DNA from: Turneriella sp.
Lineage (GTDB): Bacteria > Spirochaetota > Leptospiria > Turneriellales > Turneriellaceae
Assembly (NCBI GenBank): GCA_965279515.1
Contig: CBDIID010000003.1
Span: forward strand, 544,001-608,000
Reading direction: 5' to 3'
Length of the DNA stretch: 64,000 bases
Positions 19,967 through 28,098 of this stretch are shown here, piece after piece; within the stretch, counting starts at the first letter, position 1, and every line of letters begins with the position of its first letter. The notes under the pieces were generated by a model. That model was not told the DNA's origin, searched no databases, and saw only the letters and a list, made by a program, of their open reading frames with translations. A program made the translations under genes and the position numbers.

Positions 19967-19987
19967 AAAAAAAGGCCCTTCAGGGCC
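19967..19987 (-). terminator. Intrinsic terminator of the RRM gene
   Basis: GGCCC-TGAA-GGGCC followed by T7 on the minus strand. Confidence 0.8.
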
Positions 19988-20012
19988 CTTTCTGCCGGTA
20001 TCTCTGCTGAGA

Positions 20013-20429
20013 TTACCAGGCGTTTTCGTCGCTCTGACCACGGCGATAATTGCCACCGCCGCCGCCACGACCGCCGCGACCACCACCGCCGCCGCCGCCG
20101 CCGCCGTAACCACCACGACCGCCGCCGCCGCCGCCGCCACCGCCGCCATAACCACCACGGCCACCGCCGCCGCCACGGTTGCCTTCTTCACGTGGACGTG
20201 CTTCATTCACGACCAGGTTTCTGCCCTTGAGGTCTTTGCCATTCATCTGGGCTACCGCGTTCTGGGCGCCTTCGCCGTCTTCCATTTCCACGAACGCAAA
20301 GCCGCGAGAGCGGCCCGAGTCGCGATCACGGACGATTTTCACCGACGTTACCTGGCCAAAGGCCTCAAACGCTGCGCGCAATTCTTCATCAGTGGCGTTA
20401 TACGCCAGATTTCCCACATAGATATTCAT
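20013..20429 (-). CDS. Glycine-rich RRM RNA-binding protein
   Basis: RNP2 IYVGNL, RNP1 RGFAFVEM, VNEARPRE and an RGG/YGG tail. Confidence 0.96.
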   Translation of the reverse strand: MNIYVGNLAYNATDEELRAAFEAFGQVTSVKIVRDRDSGRSRGFAFVEMEDGEGAQNAVAQMNGKDLKGRNLVVNEARPREEGNRGGGGGRGGYGGGGGGGGGGRGGYGGGGGGGGGRGGRGGGGGNYRRGQSDENAW

Positions 20430-20647
20430 TTTCTTAATAATCTCCCGATTCTTAAATCTCAGCGCGCAGTTGAAGTTCGCATCCTGACACTCTGAAAGTA
20501 TTGAACCCTTGCAAGGTTCGGCGCCAAAATTGTCCGTTATTCGGGCCTGTCAACGTATTATCATTGACGCGTGAAAACGGCCCCAAGGGTGTGCAAAAGC
20601 GCCCGTGGCAATCGCCTTGGATCGCAAAGACCAGTTTTTAGGAGAAT

Positions 20648-20884
20648 ATGATGCTGAAAAAATTATTAGCATTACTGCTCGCATTCACTCTCGTTGGTGG
20701 CGTAGTGGTAGCACAAGACGCAGAACCTGCGAAAGAAGAGCCGGCGAAAGAAGAGCCAGCTAAAGAAGAAGGCAAGAAAGAGAAAAAAGGCAAGAAAAAG
20801 AAAGGCAAAAAGAAAAAAGCCGGCAAAAAGAAACGCAAAAAAGCTAAAAAAGCAGAAGGCGATTCAGAAGAAAAAGGCGGTTAA
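20648..20884 (+). CDS. Small exported Lys-rich low-complexity protein
   Basis: SD AGGAG, Sec signal peptide, EPAK x3 and a poly-Lys tail. Confidence 0.75.
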   Translation: MMLKKLLALLLAFTLVGGVVVAQDAEPAKEEPAKEEPAKEEGKKEKKGKKKKGKKKKAGKKKRKKAKKAEGDSEEKGG

Positions 20885-20885
20885 T

Positions 20886-20946
20886 CTGCCCGACGGTTTC
20901 AAAAGGACGCCTTCGGGCGCTCCCCAGAAACCAAACATCCGGGCAG
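20886..20946. other. Bulged rod-like hairpin with a C(UUCG)G loop between convergent genes
   Basis: CTGCCCG/CGGGCAG, GGTTTC/GAAACC, GGA/TCC and CGCC-TTCG-GGCG. Confidence 0.55.
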
Positions 20947-20963
20947 CCTGAAGGCCTTGGTCT

Positions 20964-21686
20964 TCAGGACGCCCCGATGACTTTATCCTTAAAAATCCTC
21001 AAAGTTTCAAAGATCTTCTGCCGCTCGGCATCGATCTGATCCTTGGCAAAGTTTTTATCCCTCATATACTGCAGGCGGTTCGGCCCTGCGCAGACGATTG
21101 TGGGCAAACCCTGCCAGTCAAAAACCTGGTTTTGTTTAGCGGCCAGCATGGCTTTATCGCGAAATACGAAGGTGGCGGCCTTACCAAAGAGGATAATCCC
21201 CTTCAGTGCATGCTTTTCAGCGTCTTCGCGGATGTGTTTTTCACAATTCTGCAGCTGTACCTCTTCACCGGTTTCTTCGGCACTGAAATGGCAGCGTAAG
21301 ATCTCGCGCACCAGCGCCTCGCGGGGGTGAAACCCCAGGACACCTTCGATCATTTTCTCAAAAAGTGTATTTTCGGCCGCCTCGTTGTAAATGCCCGCGC
21401 GCGGGCCCAGAAAATCATTGTGCACAAGAAAAAGATAGGGCCGAGAAATTAGTTTTGCAGTAAACTGGTCTTTTTTATAAGAAATACGCCGCGCGCAGAG
21501 CACGCAGGCATTTTTATCGAGCGTGCGCTCGACGACTTTTTCAGCAATTACAGGCTGAAAAGAAAGGGGGATTTCCCCCGGTGCCGCCTCACCGTCGCGG
21601 CGCCAGAGAAAGAAATTCTTTGCTTTTAAGACGCGCGACGCGCCGGTGAGTATGTCAATCAGTTCGGGATAAAGATCGACGCGCAA
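20964..21686 (-). CDS. Family-4 uracil-DNA glycosylase-fold protein with Fe-S cysteines intact and catalytic motifs degenerate
   Basis: C61-x2-C64-x67-C132-x15-C148, LFEKMIEG and IILFGKAA. No GEAPG and no HP motif. Confidence 0.7.
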   Translation of the reverse strand: MRVDLYPELIDILTGASRVLKAKNFFLWRRDGEAAPGEIPLSFQPVIAEKVVERTLDKNACVLCARRISYKKDQFTAKLISRPYLFLVHNDFLGPRAGIYNEAAENTLFEKMIEGVLGFHPREALVREILRCHFSAEETGEEVQLQNCEKHIREDAEKHALKGIILFGKAATFVFRDKAMLAAKQNQVFDWQGLPTIVCAGPNRLQYMRDKNFAKDQIDAERQKIFETLRIFKDKVIGAS

Positions 21687-22091
21687 CTATTCAATGTCCG
21701 CGACGCGCGACAAAGTCTTGCGTTTACGCTGCAGCTTATCGTAGGCCTCTTGCGCAGGTAATGTACGCAGCGCTTCGGGTACGGCCTTGAGGCGTGCCTT
21801 GTTGATCACCTCGCCCGTATCCACACAGATGCCATACGATTTTTCTTTAATGCGTGCCAGTGCCGCATCAATCTCTTCAAGCCGCGCACGATCGCCTTCA
21901 GAAAGCGACATATTGAGCTCGCGCTCAATGAGTTCGGTCGCCATATCGGCCATATCGCCGACTTCGTCTTTATCGCCCGCTGTCAGTTCTTCTTCTTTAC
22001 CCTGAATTTCTTTAATTAGGTAAGTTTTTTTCTCCATCAATTGGTCTTTGAATTCACTCAGCTCTTTCGCTGAAAAGGGTGTTTTTGCCAT
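21687..22091 (-). CDS. dksA: DksA/TraR family RNA polymerase-binding factor, single-Cys type
   Basis: Coiled-coil tip DMADMA; IDAALARI..SYGICVDTGEVI..RLKAVP. Confidence 0.88.
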   Translation of the reverse strand: MAKTPFSAKELSEFKDQLMEKKTYLIKEIQGKEEELTAGDKDEVGDMADMATELIERELNMSLSEGDRARLEEIDAALARIKEKSYGICVDTGEVINKARLKAVPEALRTLPAQEAYDKLQRKRKTLSRVADIE

Positions 22092-22097
22092 CCGCGG

Positions 22098-22126
22098 AAA
22101 GTATCACTTCAGGGGGTTGTCGTCAA
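22098..22126 (-). promoter_or_regulatory. Sigma70-like promoter predicting a leaderless dksA mRNA
   Basis: TTGACG-N17-TACTTT with an extended TG, then N6-ATG. No SD. Confidence 0.7.
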
Positions 22127-22290
22127 GTTTTTTTGCCGATTTCCCTGACCGGAAAATCAGGCAAAAAATCAAAAAAACGGGAACCATTCAGCCACGCCCC
22201 GGGTATGCGGTGATTTTTTTTGGCATCATTCGGTGATTCCTGAGCCAAAGGGCGTAGGCCGGCGATGCATGAAGAATTGCGGCCCGAAGT

Positions 22291-23463
22291 TTATTCCCGG
22301 TTAATTCCGGCATATCCCTGATAGCCCGAAAGTAATCGCAGCATCTGGCGATTTAAGGGTTTTATTTTTCCAAAAAAATACGTTCCCAGATCTCTGATGA
22401 TCCCCAACGGCCAGTACGACTGATAGAGCGGTGTCATTGTGCGGCTGGCGAGGCGATAAATATTCAGGTGGCCTTTACGCACGGTGGAATAGCGGCGCAG
22501 GGCTTCAGTCAGATTGACTTCGTCAGCCAGCGACGCAGCCAAAAGCTGTGCATCGACGAGGGCCAGGTTCGCGCCCTGCCCCAATTGCGGGCTCATGCTG
22601 TGTGCAGCGTCGCCCAGAACAACCACACGGCCTTCATGCCAACGCGCCATTTTGGTATCCGCATAACTTGCCACCGACCAGTTGGAATGTTTCGAGGTGT
22701 GAAAAAGTTCAGCGGCTTCAGGCCAGAATTTTTTGAGCTTCTCCGAGAGCAGTCGAATGCCGTCGCGGCGGTAGAGCTCAAATTCAGAGCTGTGGATGCT
22801 CCAGAAAACAGAATAACAATATTTACCGGTGCGCGGATGCCTGCCGGTGGGCAGAATCCCCGTGGTGCGCCACGGCTCGCCGTATTTCTGGATGAGCACA
22901 TCTTTATACGGCCAGGTATCCGACTCGCAGATCAGCCAGAACGCGCCCCAGGGATAGGGTCTTGTCGTCTGGGGGATGTTCATCAGCGGCCGCAGTTGTG
23001 AGCGTGTGCCGTCTGCAACCACAAGAAGATCCGCCTGAAGCTTCTTTTTACCGGCAAAAAAGGTCACTTTATCCGCTGCCTGTGAAAAACCGGAAACCGG
23101 CGATTCAAAGCAGACCCTCACCTTTTCACGGCGGGCGCAATCTAACAGCGCCTGTTGTAAATTGCCCCTGTGCAGCCCCAGGCCGGAAAACCCGGCATCG
23201 AGGTCTTTATAATGGAGATTCAGGCACTTGAAGCTGCCACGAAAGCCTTCGAGTGACCTGACACGAGCCCCCTTGCGCTGCAATTGCGTCAGAAGCCCCA
23301 GGTCGCTCAGCACCTGCTGGCCCGTCGGTTGGATCAGAAACCCTGCTCCGACGGGTTCAGCCCTGGGGATCGCCTCGTATACGGTAACGCCATGTCCCTG
23401 GCGGCTCAAAAAGATCGCCGCGGCAAGACCGGCCGATCCCGCCCCGGCGATCGCGACCTTCAT
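22291..23463 (-). CDS. FAD-dependent monooxygenase (UbiH/salicylate hydroxylase-like)
   Basis: GAGSAG Rossmann motif, VADG and LGDAAHSMSPQLGQG. ATGA overlap with the LysR gene. Confidence 0.92.
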   Translation of the reverse strand: MKVAIAGAGSAGLAAAIFLSRQGHGVTVYEAIPRAEPVGAGFLIQPTGQQVLSDLGLLTQLQRKGARVRSLEGFRGSFKCLNLHYKDLDAGFSGLGLHRGNLQQALLDCARREKVRVCFESPVSGFSQAADKVTFFAGKKKLQADLLVVADGTRSQLRPLMNIPQTTRPYPWGAFWLICESDTWPYKDVLIQKYGEPWRTTGILPTGRHPRTGKYCYSVFWSIHSSEFELYRRDGIRLLSEKLKKFWPEAAELFHTSKHSNWSVASYADTKMARWHEGRVVVLGDAAHSMSPQLGQGANLALVDAQLLAASLADEVNLTEALRRYSTVRKGHLNIYRLASRTMTPLYQSYWPLGIIRDLGTYFFGKIKPLNRQMLRLLSGYQGYAGINRE

Positions 23464-24335
23464 GCCTCCTCTTTGCGCCCCATGGCGAATTGCAAAATCG
23501 CGTCGCCGATCGGCAGAATTTTTTCGTTATTTTTTTTGTGCGTGAGATAAAACTTGCGGCGGCGGCTGAGCTCTGTCACGCCCAGGGGGATAAGCTTATC
23601 GGTGAGCGAGAGATTCGAGATAAAACCGACCCCCAAACCCGCCTCGAGACAGCGCACGACGCCGGCAACGCTGCGCAGCTCCATCGCCACCCGGGGCTGA
23701 AAGCGGTTCTCCGCTTCCTTAAGAATGCCGTCGCTGATCTTGCGGATTGCCGAGCCGGGGTGGAACAGAATCCATTCGCGGGCCTTGAGCTTTTCCCAAT
23801 CGGCGCCCTTAAGCGCCAGGGTATCGGCGGCGCTGACGGCGGGTAATATTTCATCTTCGAGCAGATAGCGGTTTGTATACGCGGCATCTGACAAGGGTTC
23901 GGGACTGAGGGCGAAATCCACAGCATCTTCGCGCAGCGCCGCCCTGATCTCGGTGAGATTACTCTCGATCACGCGGAAACGCGTGCCGCTGAAACGGCGC
24001 CTGAGATCGACCAGCAGCTGCGGCACAAAGTGCGCCGCCAGGGTCTCTCCCACTGCGAAAGAAATCTGCCGCAGCGGTTCGCCGGTCTTTACCGCACTTT
24101 CCAGGTCGGCGATGCTGATGAGAATCGCCGAGGCTTTTTCGGCAAACGCTTCGCCGGCAGCTGTCGGTTTCATGCCGCGTTTCGAGCGCTCAAAAAGACT
24201 GATTTTCAGCTCACGCTCGAGCAGCGCAATCTGCTGCGAGAGCGCGGGCTGGGTAACGGAGAGATTTTCAGCGGCGAGCGAGATACTGCCCGTGCGGTAG
24301 ATTTCGGCGAAATATTTTAGCTGGCGGATTTCCAC
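23460..24335 (-). CDS. LysR-family transcriptional regulator
   Basis: HTH QLKYF..GSISLAAENLSVTQPALSQQIALLERELKISLFER. GTG start with a GGAG SD. Confidence 0.93.
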   Translation of the reverse strand: MEIRQLKYFAEIYRTGSISLAAENLSVTQPALSQQIALLERELKISLFERSKRGMKPTAAGEAFAEKASAILISIADLESAVKTGEPLRQISFAVGETLAAHFVPQLLVDLRRRFSGTRFRVIESNLTEIRAALREDAVDFALSPEPLSDAAYTNRYLLEDEILPAVSAADTLALKGADWEKLKAREWILFHPGSAIRKISDGILKEAENRFQPRVAMELRSVAGVVRCLEAGLGVGFISNLSLTDKLIPLGVTELSRRRKFYLTHKKNNEKILPIGDAILQFAMGRKEEA

Positions 24336-24384
24336 GCTACTCCCTGGCCCCTCCCCAATACATGGAGATGGGGAACTTTTATCC

Positions 24385-24449
24385 ATAACTTAATGTTATG
24401 TATACCATAGCAACTATTTAATTGACTTATGAAAAGAATGTGGTATATT
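24385..24449 (+). promoter_or_regulatory. LysR T-N11-A box plus leuC promoter
   Basis: ATAAC-TTAAT-GTTAT (24385-99); TTGACT (24422-27)-N16-TATATT (24444-49, extended TG)-N6-ATG. Confidence 0.7.
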
Positions 24450-24455
24450 CCCAGC

Positions 24456-25883
24456 ATGGCAAAAACATTATTTGAAAAAGTCTGGGATGCCCATGTTGTC
24501 GACATCCCGGAAAAAAGCGAAAACAAGAACCTGATCTACATCGACCTGCACCTCGTGCACGAAGTCACGAGCCCCCAGGCCTTCGACGGGCTGCGCATGA
24601 ACAAGCGTAAGGTACGCCGCCCCGATCTCACGTTTGCCACCATGGACCACAACGTGCCCACCCGGAGCTCTCGTATCGATGCGAATGGAAACCCGGTTGT
24701 CAAAGACCCGATCAGCGCCAAACAAATGGAGTTCCTCAAGCGTAACTGCGACGAATTCGGCGTGCCCTGCTTTGACCTCAAAAGTTATAATCAGGGCGTC
24801 GTGCACGTCATCGGCCCCGAATTGGGATTAACCCTGCCGGGGAAAACCGTGGTCTGCGGCGACTCACATACCTCGACGCATGGCGCATTCGGCGCGCTCG
24901 CCTTCGGTATCGGTACCAGCGAAGTCGAGCATGTGCTCGCGACGCAGTGCCTCGTGCAGTCGAAGGCGAAAACGATGCGCGTTAACTTTAAGGGCAAACT
25001 CAACCCCGGCGTCTATGCAAAAGATATGGTGCTCGCGCTCATCGGCAAGATCGGCACCGCCGGCGCGACGGGCTTCGTACTCGAATACGCCGGCGAAACG
25101 ATCGAGGCCCTTTCGATGGAAGGCCGCATGACCATCTGCAATATGTCGATCGAGGCCGGTGCGCGTGCGGGCATGGTCGCCCCCGACGAAAAAACTTTTG
25201 CCTACCTCAAGGACCGCGAGCATTCACCTAAGGGTGACGCGTGGGACAAAGCAGTCGCATACTGGAAGACGCTGAAGACAGATGCCGGGGCAAAATTTGA
25301 CGTCGAAATTGAAATCGACTGCAGCAAGCTCGCACCGCAGGTCACCTGGGGTACGTCCCCCGGTATGGTGACCGATATCGTCACCAATGTCCCCATGCTC
25401 TCTGACGCGAAGGATGAAGTCGAACGTGTCGGCTTCAAAAAGGCGCTCGAGTATATGGATTTCGCCGAAGGCACGTCGATGGAAAAGATCCAGCTCGACA
25501 AAGTCTTTATCGGCTCTTGCACCAATTCACGCATCGAAGATTTACGTGAAGCGGCGAAGGTCATCAAGAACCGCAAGGTTTCATCGTCGATTAAACTCGC
25601 GATGGTGGTTCCCGGTAGCCACCGCGTCAAAGACCAGGCCGAAGCCGAAGGTTTGCACAAGGTATTCACCGCGGCAGGTTTTGAGTGGCGTGAACCAGGC
25701 TGCTCGATGTGCCTCGCGATGAACGACGATGTTTTGGAACCGGGCGAGCGCTGCGCTTCGACATCGAACCGCAATTTCGAAGGCCGCCAGGGCAAAGGCG
25801 GCCGCACATACCTGGTATCGCCTGTCATGGCAGCACTCGCGGCAATCCACGGTCATTTTGTAGATGCAAGGACAGAGGTGTAA
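24456..25883 (+). CDS. leuC: 3-isopropylmalate dehydratase large subunit
   Basis: [26 protein letters not shown] and [12 protein letters not shown]. Confidence 0.98.
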   Translation: MAKTLFEKVWDAHVVDIPEKSENKNLIYIDLHLVHEVTSPQAFDGLRMNKRKVRRPDLTFATMDHNVPTRSSRIDANGNPVVKDPISAKQMEFLKRNCDEFGVPCFDLKSYNQGVVHVIGPELGLTLPGKTVVCGDSHTSTHGAFGALAFGIGTSEVEHVLATQCLVQSKAKTMRVNFKGKLNPGVYAKDMVLALIGKIGTAGATGFVLEYAGETIEALSMEGRMTICNMSIEAGARAGMVAPDEKTFAYLKDREHSPKGDAWDKAVAYWKTLKTDAGAKFDVEIEIDCSKLAPQVTWGTSPGMVTDIVTNVPMLSDAKDEVERVGFKKALEYMDFAEGTSMEKIQLDKVFIGSCTNSRIEDLREAAKVIKNRKVSSSIKLAMVVPGSHRVKDQAEAEGLHKVFTAAGFEWREPGCSMCLAMNDDVLEPGERCASTSNRNFEGRQGKGGRTYLVSPVMAALAAIHGHFVDARTEV

Positions 25884-25885
25884 CA

Positions 25886-26488
25886 ATGGAAAAATTTCAA
25901 ACTATCGAATCTAAGGCATGCCCACTCGACATGCCGAATGTCGACACCGACCAGATCATCCCGAAGAATTTTCTGAAGCGTGTCGAGCGCACGGGTTTTG
26001 GGCAGTTTCTGTTCAACGACTGGCGCTTTAAGGACGACGGCTCGGAAAACCCGGACTTCGTGCTGAATAAACCGGAACATAAAGGCGCGCACATACTCTT
26101 TGCGCGGGATAATTTCGGTTGTGGGTCATCGCGCGAACATGCGCCCTGGGCACTGTTGGATTATGGCTTCAGGGTGATTGTTGCCCCCTCGTATGCCGAC
26201 ATCTTCTATAACAATTGTTTCCAGAATGGCATCCTGCCGATCAGGCTCGACAGTGCGAAGGTAGAAGAGCTCTTTCAAGCTGTGAAAGCGGATGCGCAGG
26301 CGACGTTTAAAATTGATCTGACAGCGAAGACGATTAGCTTTGCAGGGAAAGTAATCCCCTTTGAAATCGGCGAGGCGATGCGGCAAAAGCTGCTCGAAGG
26401 CCTCGACGACATCGGCTGGACCTTGCAGTTCGACAAGGAAATCGCCAGTTACGAAAAAACAACGAAGGCCGGAATCGCGGTAGCCTAG
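25886..26488 (+). CDS. leuD: 3-isopropylmalate dehydratase small subunit
   Basis: NVDTDQIIP, NFGCGSSREHAPWAL and GLDDI. Confidence 0.98.
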   Translation: MEKFQTIESKACPLDMPNVDTDQIIPKNFLKRVERTGFGQFLFNDWRFKDDGSENPDFVLNKPEHKGAHILFARDNFGCGSSREHAPWALLDYGFRVIVAPSYADIFYNNCFQNGILPIRLDSAKVEELFQAVKADAQATFKIDLTAKTISFAGKVIPFEIGEAMRQKLLEGLDDIGWTLQFDKEIASYEKTTKAGIAVA

Positions 26489-26494
26489 CCGCGA

Positions 26495-27931
26495 TTAAAA
26501 CCGCACAACCGTCGCAAGCGAGGCGCCGAGAAAAAGCGCCGGGTTTGTGGAATCAAAAACGTACTGCCCGTGGCCCTGGAGTGCAAAACCCCAGCGCGGG
26601 CTAACAAGATATGTCATGAGAAAACCACCGCCGCCGGAGGGCAAAAGCACATAAAAACTGCCCGCCGCGGCCTTAATGTCGGCGATAAAAATGCCAGCCC
26701 CCAGATAAGCAGAGAATGATAGTTTGTTTTTCGTGATCGTCTGTCCTGGGCCCGCGAGAAGACTGCCGCCCAGCATGCGTGAAACGTTATCTTTGGGAAA
26801 TCCGTAATAGCCTTCGAATTGCACATGCGGCTCGAACCAGCGCGTGATACGCGCCGAGCCGTGCAGACTGAGGCCCGTCATCACACCCAGCCTGTCCCCC
26901 GAGGTCAGCATGCCCTTGCTGACGGCGGCGCCCCAATAGAGCGAAAAGCGCGGATCGCTGCCGCTGGTATCTTTTTTCAGTTCAACCTTGCCGCGCACCT
27001 GCTCTTCAATCGCCGCAAGCTGTTTAGTCTTTTCTTCGGGCGTGGCGCCGACAGCGTAAGAGACCTGAGCGACCTTATTCGAGCCAATGGCCGTGATATT
27101 GACTTTGTTATCGCTCACGAGTACAATCATCGCGTCCGAGATGCCGTAATTTTCGAGCCATAATTGCAGGCGGGAGCGCTCGCGGCGCCGCGCATAACCC
27201 AGCGAGATTTCCTGTTCGTGCTGCGTCACATGGTACTCGTCGTAAAATTCGTAGATCGTGATATAACGCCCGGGAGTGCGGAGTGCGAGCTCTTGTTTTA
27301 GCAGCCGCAGCTCGTCCTTCGCCTGTTTCTCTTCTTCTACGTTGGAAAACGAAGGCACCAGCACCAGTAGCTTCAGGTTTTTCTTGCTGCTCGCAGCACT
27401 CTGATTCGACTGCAGGGCGAATTTATAGATCTCAGAAACAATCTCTGCGGCCATCTGGTCGATGTTCTTAAATATTTTCGCATTTATCGGCGTACGGTTC
27501 TCGACATGCCCAATGACCTTGTTCCCCGCGGCGTTGAAAATTACCGCATGCAGCACGAGTTCCTGGTTTGCCTGGTCGGCGACGAAGTTGCCGTAGATGA
27601 GGATATCCGCCTGCGACAAGCGTGCAATCGTTGCCGCATCTTCTTTCGAATACCGGGTTCCGCCGCTACCGCCCGCGGCGACGCTCGCCGGTGTGACCTG
27701 TGAGGCGGCGGACTGCACTTTACTTTCTTCAAGGCGTATATACTCAAACCGCGATTTCATAGACAGGTCGATAGCATCCGGCAAACTCTTCTCGACCCAT
27801 TCAAAATCGTCGCTATTGGTATTATTGATAAAACGCACGATACCGACGCGTGCCAGATCGGATGCAGCTTCGGCAAAGAGCGGAGCTGCACTGAAACCCA
27901 GCAATGCCAGTAAATACGTCACGATGCGCAT
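26495..27931 (-). CDS. Putative outer-membrane protein (CsgG/FlgO/TolB-N-like domain plus a C-terminal beta-barrel)
   Basis: Signal peptide MRIVTYLLALLGFSAAPLFA; VGIVRFIN..DFEW..ADILIYG; amphipathic strands ending in Phe. Confidence 0.65.
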   Translation of the reverse strand: MRIVTYLLALLGFSAAPLFAEAASDLARVGIVRFINNTNSDDFEWVEKSLPDAIDLSMKSRFEYIRLEESKVQSAASQVTPASVAAGGSGGTRYSKEDAATIARLSQADILIYGNFVADQANQELVLHAVIFNAAGNKVIGHVENRTPINAKIFKNIDQMAAEIVSEIYKFALQSNQSAASSKKNLKLLVLVPSFSNVEEEKQAKDELRLLKQELALRTPGRYITIYEFYDEYHVTQHEQEISLGYARRRERSRLQLWLENYGISDAMIVLVSDNKVNITAIGSNKVAQVSYAVGATPEEKTKQLAAIEEQVRGKVELKKDTSGSDPRFSLYWGAAVSKGMLTSGDRLGVMTGLSLHGSARITRWFEPHVQFEGYYGFPKDNVSRMLGGSLLAGPGQTITKNKLSFSAYLGAGIFIADIKAAAGSFYVLLPSGGGGFLMTYLVSPRWGFALQGHGQYVFDSTNPALFLGASLATVVRF

Positions 27932-28098
27932 AGATATGAGACGTCTACAAGTCATCATTGAGGCGCTTTTTCTCACAAATTTACGACCAGCATCGAAGGC
28001 AGGCGATATCCCGGTGACACATTCTGGCAATACTTTTCCCTGATTTGGCCCGGGTGCATAGTGGTTTACCGCCTTTCACCATAGCCTGTTGTATGTGC

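Noticed and set aside
19944..20495. Ala/Thr-rich 183-aa plus-strand ORF and the poly-Ala/Val 83-aa minus-strand ORF
   Set aside because: They are other-strand and other-frame readings of the (GGC)n tail of the RRM gene.
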